Shown here in pieces: positions 9,966 to 20,148 of a DNA stretch of 64,000 bases. Positions within the stretch are counted from its first letter, which is position 1; each line of letters begins with the position of its first letter. Both the position numbers and the translations under genes were made by a program. The notes under the pieces are model-generated. The model saw only the letters and a program-made list of their open reading frames with translations, did no database searches and had not been told where the DNA came from. Origin of the DNA: Bacilli bacterium (GTDB taxonomy: Bacteria; Bacillota_I; Bacilli_A; RF39; UBA660); NCBI GenBank assembly GCA_017435485.1, contig JAFSEY010000007.1:51819-115818 (forward strand), written 5' to 3'.

Positions 9966-9979
9966 AAAACACCTCCCGA

Positions 9980-10216
9980 TTATTTTTGTTTTTTAATTTT
10001 TTTTATTAATTCCTTCATTTTATTTTTGGTGGTTAATACTAGAATAGCCCCTAAAGCACAGAAAATAATAACTTGAATAATAAATGGTTTTATAATTAAT
10101 GAAAGTAGACAAGTTAAGATTCCAGCTAAAATAAACCATATAGTTACTAAATTAATAGTAATAACTTCTACAAAAGTTAAAACAAAGACAATTAAAACCC
10201 AAAATATCCAAGCCAT
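9980..10216 (-). CDS. Small hypothetical 2-TM membrane protein
   Basis: 78 aa, two hydrophobic helices and a Lys-rich tail. Confidence 0.3.
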   Translation of the reverse strand: MAWIFWVLIVFVLTFVEVITINLVTIWFILAGILTCLLSLIIKPFIIQVIIFCALGAILVLTTKNKMKELIKKIKKQK

Positions 10217-10269
10217 TTATCTCACCTTTTCTAATTTCCATTATAATATATTTTATTTCTATTTTAAAG

Positions 10270-12021
10270 TCAATTCATAACTCGTTTAAACATTTTTTCC
10301 AATTCGTAAATCGTAAATTTAATAATCGTTGGTCTACCATGAGGGCAATTATACGGATTATCACATTTTACTAAGTCTTGTAATAACCTATCAGCATCTT
10401 CTAAAGTTATGCGCATATTAGCTTTAATACTCATTTTACAAGCTAATGTAATCGCTATCTTTTCATTATATTTTACGCGATCAAAATTATTTTTATTAAT
10501 TATTATTAAGTCGAATATTTTTCGAATACTTTCTTCTTCATGTCCCATTAATAACCAAGTTGGATGATTTTTTACTAAAATAGTATTAATTCCAAATTCT
10601 TCAATTTGAAATCCTAAACTATTGATAAAACTAGTTTGTTCTTTAAGAATCAAATATTCACTTGGGCTATATTCAATTTTAATTGGAAATAACATATCAG
10701 TTGTAGATGTTTTTTCTTCTTTTAAAGCTTTTATATACTTTTCATAGTTAATTCTTTCTTGAGCCGCATGCTGATCGATTAGATATATTCCTTCATCATT
10801 TTGCGCAATTATATAAGTTGCATGAGCAATTCCCACTGTTTTTAAATCGATTGTTTTAATAACTTCATTTTTTTCCTTAGGAATTTCCTCCTCCTTAATG
10901 GAAACATCTTGATAATCAAATTCCATTGATGTTTGATAAATGCTTTCAACTTCTTTTATATTAGATATAGTTTTTTCTTTTTTATCTTCATAAGTTAAAG
11001 GAGCTTCTTCTTTAGTAACAGATACATTTTTGATTAGAAGATTTTGGTATAAAGCATCTTTAATCTTTTTTTCAATCAATTCTGTCAGTACATTCATTTT
11101 ACTTAATTTGATATCTTGTTTCGTCGGATGAATATTGACATCAATTAAAGTTGGATCAGTTTCGATACATATTACAACAATAGGATATTTACTTTCTGGT
11201 TTATATGTATAGTAAGCATCATTAATAGCTTTATTTATTTCGGCATTTTTAACAATGCGATCGTTTACTATTGTAATAATATGATTGCGATTCGATCTTA
11301 ATATTTCTGGTTTACAGACAAAGCCTCTAATATCAAAATCATCATTACTTCCTTTAATCTCTAACATATTCTTAGCTACATTAAGGCCATAAATTTCATT
11401 AATTGTTTTAAGTAAATTACCACTACCACTAGTTTTAACTAATACTTTATCATCGTTTTCTAAACTAAAGCTTATTTGGGGTTTAGAGATAGCCAACTTT
11501 TCTAAATAAGAAACGCAATTTTGTAATTCGCTTTGTTCACTTTTTAAATATTTTAATCTTGCCGGGGTATTATAAAATAAATTGGTAATTTTAATAGAAG
11601 TGCCTTTTTTGGCATCACTGCTTGATACATCAAGTAATGCGCCACCTTTAATATGGACATTTGTTCCAACATCGGTCGAACAGGTTTTTAAAACTACTTC
11701 ACTGACACTAGCTATTGATGGTAAAGCTTCACCGCGAAATCCTAAGGTATTTATAAAAAATAAATCATCATCTTTATAAATCTTACTGGTCGCATGACGT
11801 AAAAAAGCTAGCTTGGCATCTTCTTTTTCCATTCCAATGCCATCATCGGTTACCATTATTTCTTTAATTCCACCTTCTTTTAAAGAAACTTTAATAACTT
11901 TAGCATGAGCATCAATACTATTTTCGACTAATTCTTTAACAATTGAAGCACATTTTTCAACTACTTCTCCAGCAGCAATTTTATTGGCCAGATTTTCACT
12001 CATTACTCTTATTTTTGTCAT
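10270..12021 (-). CDS. mutL: DNA mismatch repair protein MutL
   Basis: GHKL ATPase N-terminus (IAAGEVVE..ASIVKELVENSIDA, TDDGIGM) and a C-terminal dimerisation/endonuclease domain. Confidence 0.85.
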   Translation of the reverse strand: MTKIRVMSENLANKIAAGEVVEKCASIVKELVENSIDAHAKVIKVSLKEGGIKEIMVTDDGIGMEKEDAKLAFLRHATSKIYKDDDLFFINTLGFRGEALPSIASVSEVVLKTCSTDVGTNVHIKGGALLDVSSSDAKKGTSIKITNLFYNTPARLKYLKSEQSELQNCVSYLEKLAISKPQISFSLENDDKVLVKTSGSGNLLKTINEIYGLNVAKNMLEIKGSNDDFDIRGFVCKPEILRSNRNHIITIVNDRIVKNAEINKAINDAYYTYKPESKYPIVVICIETDPTLIDVNIHPTKQDIKLSKMNVLTELIEKKIKDALYQNLLIKNVSVTKEEAPLTYEDKKEKTISNIKEVESIYQTSMEFDYQDVSIKEEEIPKEKNEVIKTIDLKTVGIAHATYIIAQNDEGIYLIDQHAAQERINYEKYIKALKEEKTSTTDMLFPIKIEYSPSEYLILKEQTSFINSLGFQIEEFGINTILVKNHPTWLLMGHEEESIRKIFDLIIINKNNFDRVKYNEKIAITLACKMSIKANMRITLEDADRLLQDLVKCDNPYNCPHGRPTIIKFTIYELEKMFKRVMN

Positions 12022-12042
12022 GCCTATTTCACTTCCTATTTA

Positions 12043-12966
12043 CTACTTAAAAATTGAATTACGTATATCAACTATTAAATTTTTAGTTATTTTTATAGTA
12101 GTTTTATTTTTTATATTAATAAAACCAATCCCTTTAATAATTAAATCACTATTTGAAGGAATTGTTATTTCATCATATTCAGCTATTTCTTTATATATTT
12201 TTTTGATTACTAAACCATTACTTATATAACAGGTAACACTATTTTCATCTTCTAGTCTGATGCTAAATATATCATGGAAATTTAATGTGACCTCCTTACT
12301 TATTTGAAAAGTACGCGGATTTATCTTTTTGCTAGGTAAGATGATTTTTAACAGCTTATCGTTTTGTAAATTACTTACTAAAACAAAGCCAGGACAATCT
12401 ATTATTTTTTTATCTTCAAAATCAACAATATTATAATCTTGAGTTGAATTTAACATATATGATTTAATCAAATTGTTATTTCCAGTTAAGTTAGATATTA
12501 TAGTACTTTTTCCACTGTTTGATAAACCACAAAAATAGATGTTTTTAGCTTTTTCAATTTTATCTAATAAATTAGAATTGTTTTTAGATGTATATATAAT
12601 ATTTTCAGTTATTTTATACTCATTTTTTAAAAGATTAGTTATTTTATCCAAAGTAATACTTTTAGGCAAAACATCTATTTTATTGATGACAAAATACTTT
12701 GGTTTAGAAATTTTTTTATATATTTTTATTAAGTCTTCAGATAAATTTAATAAATCAGCAACAAAGAAAACTAAATCACTTTTCTTGTTTATTTTATCAA
12801 TAATACTATGATTATCTATTGCTACATTTAAATCATTTATTTCACTATAATTAATATTGCGAAAACATCTTTCGCAATAAGAAAAATTTAAATCTGAGAC
12901 ATATCCTGAATTTTCTTTATTTTGGGTTTGTAATAAAATGCCACAGCCAACACATTTTTTATTCAT
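12043..12966 (-). CDS. yqeH: Ribosome-biogenesis GTPase YqeH (circularly permuted GTPase with N-terminal zinc ribbon)
   Basis: N-terminal CVGCG...CERC zinc finger, then a permuted G-domain (NKID, GLSNSGKST). Confidence 0.7.
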   Translation of the reverse strand: MNKKCVGCGILLQTQNKENSGYVSDLNFSYCERCFRNINYSEINDLNVAIDNHSIIDKINKKSDLVFFVADLLNLSEDLIKIYKKISKPKYFVINKIDVLPKSITLDKITNLLKNEYKITENIIYTSKNNSNLLDKIEKAKNIYFCGLSNSGKSTIISNLTGNNNLIKSYMLNSTQDYNIVDFEDKKIIDCPGFVLVSNLQNDKLLKIILPSKKINPRTFQISKEVTLNFHDIFSIRLEDENSVTCYISNGLVIKKIYKEIAEYDEITIPSNSDLIIKGIGFINIKNKTTIKITKNLIVDIRNSIFK

Positions 12967-13489
12967 AATATTTTCCTTTTTCTAAAATACCCTTTTTTTC
13001 TAAACTTTTTAATATTTTACTTTCCCAGAAACGATTAAATTTAGTTTGTGGTGGTTCAACATTACTTAATGCATTTACTAAAATCGAAGTAAACCCCATT
13101 CGATTAGCCCCAAATATATCGGTCATTATTTGATCTCCAACGGCAGCTATTTCAAAGTCTTTAAAGTTATAAATACTCATAATTTTTTTATACTTGGTTT
13201 TTAGAGGCTTTTTAGAAGAAAAAGCTACATCAACATTTAGTTGTTCTTTAAATGGAGTTAATCTTTTCTTACCACTATTACTCATAATAATGACTTTAAA
13301 ATCATCTTCTAATTTAGCAAAAAGATTTTTTACTTTATTATTAGGAATACTATCACCATATGAAACCAATGTATTATCTAAATCAAAAAGTAAACACTTA
13401 ATTCCTCTTTTTTTTAAACTTTTATAATTAATATCATAGATACTTTTTTGATACATATCAGGTATAAATTTATCCATTACTATCACCAA
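12959..13489 (-). CDS. yqeG: HAD-superfamily phosphatase YqeG
   Basis: FDLDNTL motif I, MSNSGKKR, GDQIMTDI. Overlaps yqeH by 8 nt, as in the B. subtilis yqeG-yqeH operon. Confidence 0.65.
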   Translation of the reverse strand: MVIVMDKFIPDMYQKSIYDINYKSLKKRGIKCLLFDLDNTLVSYGDSIPNNKVKNLFAKLEDDFKVIIMSNSGKKRLTPFKEQLNVDVAFSSKKPLKTKYKKIMSIYNFKDFEIAAVGDQIMTDIFGANRMGFTSILVNALSNVEPPQTKFNRFWESKILKSLEKKGILEKGKYYE

Positions 13490-13566
13490 ATTTATTGTAT
13501 CAAATTACTTAATTAAAATCTATAAATAAGAAGAAAAATAAATAAAAAAGTACCTAAGTACCTTTT

Positions 13567-14541
13567 TTATTTTATAATTGCATCTAAAGCAATTTTTATC
13601 ATATTTTTTAAACCAGTTTCTCTTTCATCACTACTTACTATATTTTTATCAAATGGAGAATCAACAATTGTTAAAATACACCCAGCATCTTTTTTCAATT
13701 CACTAGCAATCAAAAATAGCCCAAAACATTCCATCTCTTCAGCTTTCGTATCAAAGCCATCCGGTATTTGTGATCTTAATTTATTCATATTAATATATGG
13801 TCCAAAAAAATCCATTGTAAATGAACCACCAACGTGACTATTTATATTGTTTTCTTTACTAGCGGAGATTAAATTCTCGGTTAAATTTTTTGAACTATAG
13901 GCAATGTTTTGAATACGTCCACAATACGTTTCAGCAAAATTTGAATTTGTATAGGATTTATTTGCAATAACAACATCCATTAGTTTTTGATCTTCAGTTG
14001 TTGCTCCACACGTTCCAATCCTGATAATTTTTTGAACATCATAAAAATCAAATAATTCATGATAATATATTCCTGCGCAAGGCATTCCCATGCCCGATCC
14101 CATTATGGTTACCATAACTCCCTTATAATATCCTGTATAAGCATAATTATTCCTAACGTCATTAACTAAGCGATAATTATCCAAAAAATTTTCGGCTGCA
14201 AATTTTGCTCTTAGTGGATCTCCAGGCATTAATACAAGTGGAGAAATATCTTTCTTTGGAGTTTTTATATGAGCGGTTTTAAAGCTTTCATTTTCATCTT
14301 TTTGTTCTTCTTCAATTAAGGCATCAACAAATTTTCTTTTAATGTAATTAAACTCTTCCTCAATTACAATTTCAAAACTATTTTCATCATTTTCCTTAAC
14401 TATTAAAAAATCTTCACTTACTTCAGTTTCATCCTCTAATTTTAACAGCAAATAATAAGCTTTGTTTGCTTCTTTTAAAACATTACTAACTACATAGTCC
14501 TCATTGTTTTCTAATGTTATAACTTCTCCTTTTTCTATCAT
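13567..14541 (-). CDS. deoD: Fusion protein: N-terminal UPF0473/DUF1292 domain joined to a DeoD-type purine nucleoside phosphorylase
   Basis: Residues ~1-90 match the acidic DUF1292/YrzB pattern (ITLENNEDYVVSNVL...AYYLLLKLEDE...). Residues ~95-324 are colinear with DeoD (MPGDPLRAKFAAE, GSGMGMPCAGIYYHEL, KIIRIGTCGA, EME). One continuous reading frame, overlapping the upstream gene by 4 nt (ATGA). Confidence 0.6.
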   Translation of the reverse strand: MIEKGEVITLENNEDYVVSNVLKEANKAYYLLLKLEDETEVSEDFLIVKENDENSFEIVIEEEFNYIKRKFVDALIEEEQKDENESFKTAHIKTPKKDISPLVLMPGDPLRAKFAAENFLDNYRLVNDVRNNYAYTGYYKGVMVTIMGSGMGMPCAGIYYHELFDFYDVQKIIRIGTCGATTEDQKLMDVVIANKSYTNSNFAETYCGRIQNIAYSSKNLTENLISASKENNINSHVGGSFTMDFFGPYINMNKLRSQIPDGFDTKAEEMECFGLFLIASELKKDAGCILTIVDSPFDKNIVSSDERETGLKNMIKIALDAIIK

Positions 14542-16145
14542 CTAATCATTCCCTTTCCAAATAAACTTGTCTCTTCAAACTTATAAAACCCTTCTGTGTA
14601 TCCATCAATATTACTAAGGACAACAACAGGTATTCCTCCCTGGCTTATATAGTAATTATATTGATCATCATCAGTAACATAAAACAATTCATTATTATAT
14701 AATTTTATTATAACAGCTTTAATACTTCTATTTACATTATTATTATAATATGGCTCTATTTTATTATTTCCATAATAAGCATCGAACATGTTATTATAAA
14801 TAAATGCATTTTCATTTACATAGAATGTATTTGAAAAGATTTTTACATTTTGGTTTGTTACGTTTTCTGAAATTACAGTTGTACTTGTCTCAGGTGGAAC
14901 AATAACACTTTCAGTTAAATTGGATTTCGTTTCTATATTCATTTCTGTACTTTTTTGAGGTTTTTCAAATATATTTGAAATACTTTTAGCTGCATAGTAG
15001 GATGACGATATTGATAAAATAGTTGCCACAATCAAAGGTGTCGTTTTTTTTAAACTACTTTTTATTTTTTTAATATCCATTTCACTTTTTTTCTTTTTAA
15101 AAAAATTGACAATTTTGCGTGATTTTTTTTCTTCTACTGGTAATACACCTTCAGAAACTAAATTATTATCAAGTTCATCCGATTTATAAAATAATTCTTT
15201 TAAATTATCGTTAATTCCCTCAGGTTTTGGACCATTATCATACTTATTTACTATGTAATCGATTTCTGCAGAAGATAAACCTTTTTGATACAAATCCATT
15301 TTAAAATCTATATTAAACTTTAGCCCTTCATCATAGTATTCTAAAAATTTATTTATTGCTGTTGGATAATTAATTTTTAGCTCATTGATTATAAAAGTTT
15401 TAAATCTTTGTTTTGTTTTTACCCAATAATCCTTATTTACATTTTGGTGAAAATATGGAATTGTGTATTCTGTTTGTTCTTTACCTGGTAGTGTTTTTTC
15501 TTGCTTTTTCGGATTTTGATCAATATCTTCAATTACATTAATTGTTTCGATTGTTTCTACATACTTTTCTCTAAAAAGCAACTCTTTTTCATATCCTTTT
15601 ATAACATCTTTATATTGTTTTTTTAAAAGCTTATTTAACTTTATCTTTTCTATTACCAACTTGTTGTATTCTTCAATATCTTTTTTATAGATACTCTTTT
15701 TACGTCCTTCAGCTGTTGTTGTTAATATAAAATTACTACTATCCAATTTTTTAGAAATTTTTTTAGAATTAAATTCAATATATTTCAATTTTTGACATAT
15801 ATCTTGGAATCTTAACAAATTTTGACCATATGAAAACCTCTGGGCAATATCTTCCCCGCTAGAATACTTAAGTTTGTTTTTTATTTCTAAAAATTCTTTT
15901 TGGTCTTCTTTCAAGGTAGAAATAAAGCAAAATAAACAGTCTTTTAAATAATTTAATTTTTCCCTATCTTCCTTTGACAAACTTTCTGACAATTTCAATT
16001 CTGCTTCAGATACAAATTCGTCATATAATTGTATAGTTTTATTTGTTGCTTCAATTCTTTCTTTTAACGTTTTTGCTCTTAACAATTGTTCTTTTTGTTC
16101 TAATGTTTGAACAAGAATCTCATTTACTTTTTGAACTTCATACAT
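14538..16145 (-). CDS. Hypothetical bitopic membrane protein: cytoplasmic coiled-coil region, one TM, Tyr/Asn-rich extracytoplasmic C-terminus
   Basis: Start set at MYEVQK (ATG 16145, SD AGGTGA 5 nt upstream); the track start is 16196. TM at LIVATILSISSSYYAA. No known domain. Translationally coupled to the DUF1292-DeoD gene. Confidence 0.4.
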   Translation of the reverse strand: MYEVQKVNEILVQTLEQKEQLLRAKTLKERIEATNKTIQLYDEFVSEAELKLSESLSKEDREKLNYLKDCLFCFISTLKEDQKEFLEIKNKLKYSSGEDIAQRFSYGQNLLRFQDICQKLKYIEFNSKKISKKLDSSNFILTTTAEGRKKSIYKKDIEEYNKLVIEKIKLNKLLKKQYKDVIKGYEKELLFREKYVETIETINVIEDIDQNPKKQEKTLPGKEQTEYTIPYFHQNVNKDYWVKTKQRFKTFIINELKINYPTAINKFLEYYDEGLKFNIDFKMDLYQKGLSSAEIDYIVNKYDNGPKPEGINDNLKELFYKSDELDNNLVSEGVLPVEEKKSRKIVNFFKKKKSEMDIKKIKSSLKKTTPLIVATILSISSSYYAAKSISNIFEKPQKSTEMNIETKSNLTESVIVPPETSTTVISENVTNQNVKIFSNTFYVNENAFIYNNMFDAYYGNNKIEPYYNNNVNRSIKAVIIKLYNNELFYVTDDDQYNYYISQGGIPVVVLSNIDGYTEGFYKFEETSLFGKGMIR

Positions 16146-16214
16146 AATATCACCTACAATTAAATTAATTATATCGTCACTAATAAAAAAAATCAATTTT
16201 TTAATTTAATAAAC

Positions 16215-16250
16215 ATTAAAAAGGAATTAAATACTCATTAATTCCTTTTC
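16215..16250. terminator. Hairpin terminator at the 3' end of frr
   Basis: GGAATTAA-ATACTCA-TTAATTCC, an 8-bp stem flanked by T/A runs on both strands. Overlaps the frr stop codon. Confidence 0.5.
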
Positions 16251-16760
16251 TTTTTCAACTAACTTCTCATCAACTATTTTATTATAATCGCCAATTAATT
16301 TTTGAATATCATCTAGCAATCTTTTTTCTTCATCTTCAGGATATTCTTCTTTTTTTATTGTGTTGTTAGCATCTTGGCGAATATTTCTTAAAGCCACTTT
16401 TGTCTCTTCAGCTAAGCCTTTGGCTTGTTTAACATATTCTCTACGTCTTTCTTCATTTAGTTCTGGCACAGTTAAAATTATTAATTCTCCATTATTTACA
16501 GGAGTTATACCAATATTCGCCTCATTAATAGCTCTTTCAATATCTTTTAATGCTCCTTTATCAAAAGGTTTAATCATAAGCTGTCTAGCTTCTGGAACAG
16601 TAACATTTGCTAATGAAACAATGGGGGTAGGAGTTCCATAATAATTAGCATTTATCCCATTTAACATTGCTGGATTTGCTCTTCCAGCTCTAATATTTAA
16701 AAATTTATTATCTAAATTTTCAATGGTTTTTTGCATTTTTAATTCTATTTCTTTATTCAT
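16227..16760 (-). CDS. frr: Ribosome recycling factor
   Basis: Full-length RRF (RAGRANPAMLNGI..., VPELNEERRREYVK...). Confidence 0.9.
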   Translation of the reverse strand: MNKEIELKMQKTIENLDNKFLNIRAGRANPAMLNGINANYYGTPTPIVSLANVTVPEARQLMIKPFDKGALKDIERAINEANIGITPVNNGELIILTVPELNEERRREYVKQAKGLAEETKVALRNIRQDANNTIKKEEYPEDEEKRLLDDIQKLIGDYNKIVDEKLVEKEKELMSI

Positions 16761-16793
16761 TTTTATTATTTATCAGTTTTCTGATTCCTTTCT

Positions 16794-17561
16794 TTAACTA
16801 ACTTTTATATTTTCATTATAATCGATTAAACTACTTTTGACAATAAAAGATAAATATAATTCATTATTATCAATATAAAAAGCATAATTATTATCATTAA
16901 ATAAATTGTCTAAGGTAGCTCCAATATTTATTACCTCTACTCCATTATCAATTGACTGACTCGCTTGTAAATGACTATTTACTAAGCCTTTAATTGTATC
17001 AAAATTTATATTAAATAATGTGTAAATTTCTTCATTTGATAATATTTTTCCTTTTTCAATCGAAACAATATAACTTTTTACCCCCTTTATTAAGACACCA
17101 TCATAGCAATCAAAATCATAGCTATTAATAACTAATGTAGCATATTTATTAGTTTGATAAACTTCATAATCTCTAGCTTTAGCTTGAAAAATTTCTACCT
17201 CCGGAAACATTATTTCTTTTGTTTCATCTATTGTTTGATCTTTTAAGTAAGTTACTGTGTTTCTTAAAGTATTATTTTCATTTTTTAAAGTATTATTAAT
17301 AACTTCAGCACTTTCTATATTAATTACAGGTTCCATATAAGTTATATCGGGTTCATCATTTATAGTTTCTTTATTTTCAAAATAAATATAATCTTTATTT
17401 TTATCAATTTTAATTTCTTTTTCTTCTACTTTAATTGATTCTTTAGAATCTTTTTTTGTATTATTAACTTGTCTAGTTAAAATATAACCACCTATTATTA
17501 GAGCAATTATAAATCCAAAAAAAGCTATAGCCATAAATTTGTTTTTTGTAGTTTCTTCCAT
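16794..17561 (-). CDS. Hypothetical N-terminally anchored extracytoplasmic protein (possibly DUF4163/DUF3298-like)
   Basis: One TM (FMAIAFFGFIIALIIGGYIL) and a ~220-aa extracellular domain. Occupies the position where pyrH normally sits. Confidence 0.3.
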   Translation of the reverse strand: MEETTKNKFMAIAFFGFIIALIIGGYILTRQVNNTKKDSKESIKVEEKEIKIDKNKDYIYFENKETINDEPDITYMEPVINIESAEVINNTLKNENNTLRNTVTYLKDQTIDETKEIMFPEVEIFQAKARDYEVYQTNKYATLVINSYDFDCYDGVLIKGVKSYIVSIEKGKILSNEEIYTLFNINFDTIKGLVNSHLQASQSIDNGVEVINIGATLDNLFNDNNYAFYIDNNELYLSFIVKSSLIDYNENIKVS

Positions 17562-17563
17562 TT

Positions 17564-18139
17564 TTATTCTCCTAAATAATTATTTAGTCCAGCTTCAATG
17601 TATGATCTTTTTAAATTTTTATTATACTCATTCCAATAATCTTCTTCGCTTATATTCGCCTGTAATCTTGAAGTATCAGAATCAAAATAAATTACATTAC
17701 CATCTTTGATAACTAAGAATGTTGGAGCATCTATATCAACATTACCTTCATCATCTCTAAATAAGTAGTTATTTAATTTTTCAACAATAGTCTCATAAGT
17801 TCCATTATTATCTTTACGATCATTATAAAAATCATAAAAATATATTTTTTCAATTTTTAAATTTTTTGCTATATCATTTAACAAACTCGCGTAATATTCA
17901 CTTTGTTTGCTATTTTCAAATCCCATAAAAATAAGAGCGTTACCACTATTTATCTTTTTTAAAGTTTGAGAAGCATTAATTTTCTCAAAAACGTTATCAG
18001 TAGTTAGAATATTATATTTGTGAGATATGTTATTTTCTTTTTCTTCAAGTTTGTTATAATTTTGTTTACCTATTATTATAAAAGCTATAAGAACTAAAAA
18101 TATTAAAATATATGTTACTATTTTCTTAATGTTTTTCAT
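17564..18139 (-). CDS. Hypothetical N-terminally anchored protein, thioredoxin-fold-like without a CxxC motif
   Basis: TM (IVTYILIFLVLIAFIIIG), then ALIFMGFENS...PTFLVIKDGNVIYF, reminiscent of the thioredoxin fold, but no redox cysteines. Confidence 0.3.
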   Translation of the reverse strand: MKNIKKIVTYILIFLVLIAFIIIGKQNYNKLEEKENNISHKYNILTTDNVFEKINASQTLKKINSGNALIFMGFENSKQSEYYASLLNDIAKNLKIEKIYFYDFYNDRKDNNGTYETIVEKLNNYLFRDDEGNVDIDAPTFLVIKDGNVIYFDSDTSRLQANISEEDYWNEYNKNLKRSYIEAGLNNYLGE

Positions 18140-18185
18140 ATTACCACCATAATAATTATACCATAAAAATTTTATTATTAAATTA

Positions 18186-18212
18186 ATTCCATAAAAAAAG
18201 TCACCTAAGTGA
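18186..18212 (-). terminator. Terminator after tsf
   Basis: GTCAC-TTAG-GTGAC hairpin followed by a run of seven T on the minus strand. Confidence 0.5.
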
Positions 18213-19091
18213 CTAATTTCCGTTAACTTGATTCATTACTTCTTCAGCAAAGTTATCATTTCTTTTTTCCATGCCTTCACCAACTTCGTAACGAATTACA
18301 TCCACAACTTCTCCGTTATTATTTTTAACATATGTTTCCACATCGATATCGCCATCTTTAATAAATGGTTGTAATGTTAAACAAATTTCTTTATAGAACT
18401 TATTAATTCTTCCAATAACCATTTTTTCAGCTATATCAGCAGGTTTTCCTTCGTTCATAGCTTGTTCTTTAAGAACTGCTTTTTCTCTTTCAACTATTTC
18501 AGCAGGAACATCTTCTTTTTTTACATATTCAGGTCTCATAGCTGCTGCTTGCATTGCTACATCTTTAGCAACTTCTTCATTAGCACCTTTAAGTAAAGCT
18601 AGTACAGCTATTTTTCCGCCCATATGTAAGTAAGCTCCAAATGAATCCGAATCTTCTTTTGTTAATACAGCAATTCTTCTTAAAGATAATTTTTCACCAA
18701 TTTTAGCAGTTTTAGCAACAATTAAATCTCTAACTGTTCCTTCTTCACACGGTAATTCTAAAGTTTCTTCTACAGTAGTAGCATCGCTATTTAAAATAAC
18801 TTTTCCAATAACATCAATCATGCTAGTAAATTCTTCATTTTTACTAACAAAATCTGTTTCAGAGTTTACTTCGATAACTACAGCTTTATTTCCCTCAACA
18901 TAAATATTAGCAAGACCTTCAGCTGCAATACGAGATTCTTTTTTAGCAGACTTAGCAATACCTTTTTCTCTTAACCAATCCATTGCTTTGTCCATATCAC
19001 CATTACATTCAACCAATGCTTTTTTGCAATCCATCATTCCTGCCCCACTAGTTTCACGTAATTCTTTTACCATACTTGCAGTAATTTCCAT
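18213..19091 (-). CDS. tsf: Elongation factor Ts
   Basis: MEITASMVKELRETSGAGMMDCKKAL..., full-length EF-Ts. Confidence 0.9.
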   Translation of the reverse strand: MEITASMVKELRETSGAGMMDCKKALVECNGDMDKAMDWLREKGIAKSAKKESRIAAEGLANIYVEGNKAVVIEVNSETDFVSKNEEFTSMIDVIGKVILNSDATTVEETLELPCEEGTVRDLIVAKTAKIGEKLSLRRIAVLTKEDSDSFGAYLHMGGKIAVLALLKGANEEVAKDVAMQAAAMRPEYVKKEDVPAEIVEREKAVLKEQAMNEGKPADIAEKMVIGRINKFYKEICLTLQPFIKDGDIDVETYVKNNNGEVVDVIRYEVGEGMEKRNDNFAEEVMNQVNGN

Positions 19092-19102
19092 TTTTATCCT
19101 CC

Positions 19103-20035
19103 TTAACTTAATGCACTAATTAATTCGTCTTTTTTCATAGTTGAATAACCTTTAATACTTTTTTCTTTAGCTAAAGCTTTTAAATCGGCTAAAGTCATTT
19201 TAGTTAAATCAACTTCTTCTTTTGCTTCTTCAGCAACAACTTCTTCTACTGTTTCTACTTTTTCTTCAACAACTTCAGTTACAACTTCTTTTGTTTCTTT
19301 TTTGTCTTCTTTTGTAGCTTTTTTATCTTCTTCAGTAACATAATCAACCATTTCTAGATTATTTACTTCACAAATTGCATTTGCTAATACTCCTAAAACA
19401 ACCTTAACAGCTCTAACTGCATCGTCATTTCCTGGAATTACAAAATCAACATCATCTGGATCACAGTTTGTATCTACGATTCCAAATACAGGTATATTTA
19501 ATTTACGTGCTTCTCTGATAGCATTAATTTCTTTTTTAGGATCAACGATAATTAATGCATTTGGAAGTTTAACCATTTTTCTGATTCCACATAAAACTTT
19601 ATTTAATTTTTCATATTCTTTTTTAAGTCCGATAACTTCTTTTTTAGGTAATACATCAAATGTACCATTAGCTTCCATAGCTTCGATTTCTTCTAAACGT
19701 TTAACTCTTCTTCTAATTGTACGGAAGTTTGTTAATGTTCCACCTAACCATCTTTCAGTTACATAGTAAGATTCTGATCTTTCAGCTTCTTCTTTTGCAG
19801 CTTCACTTGCTTGTTTTTTTGTACCTACAAATAAGAAAGTACCACCATTTTCAGCAATTTTCTTGATTTCCTCATAAGCTTCTTCAATTTTGTTTTGAGT
19901 CTTTTGCAAGTCGATTATATAAATATCATCCCTTGCAGTAAAAATATATTCTTTCATTTTTGGGTTCCATCTTTTTGTTTGATGTCCAAAATGAACTCCA
20001 GCTTCTAATAAATAACTCATAGAAACTACGGCCAT
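19103..20035 (-). CDS. rpsB: 30S ribosomal protein S2, with an acidic/Lys-Glu-rich C-terminal extension
   Basis: S2 core ([17 protein letters not shown]...) plus a ~70-aa KE-rich tail. Confidence 0.9.
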   Translation of the reverse strand: MAVVSMSYLLEAGVHFGHQTKRWNPKMKEYIFTARDDIYIIDLQKTQNKIEEAYEEIKKIAENGGTFLFVGTKKQASEAAKEEAERSESYYVTERWLGGTLTNFRTIRRRVKRLEEIEAMEANGTFDVLPKKEVIGLKKEYEKLNKVLCGIRKMVKLPNALIIVDPKKEINAIREARKLNIPVFGIVDTNCDPDDVDFVIPGNDDAVRAVKVVLGVLANAICEVNNLEMVDYVTEEDKKATKEDKKETKEVVTEVVEEKVETVEEVVAEEAKEEVDLTKMTLADLKALAKEKSIKGYSTMKKDELISALS

Positions 20036-20148
20036 AAAAAATCCCTCCTTCGTTATTTCCTCTTAATACTTCATCTTATCTATTCACCTCTTCGGCACTC
20101 GAATAGATAATCCATATTAATGCGTATTTGCTTTTTAAAGCCACAATT

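Noticed and set aside
13541-13566. Possible terminator AAAAAAGTACCTAAGTACCTTTTTT after the DUF1292-DeoD gene
   Set aside because: The stem is only a 4-5-bp palindrome (GTAC), too weak to call confidently, although the flanking A/T runs would suit a bidirectional terminator.
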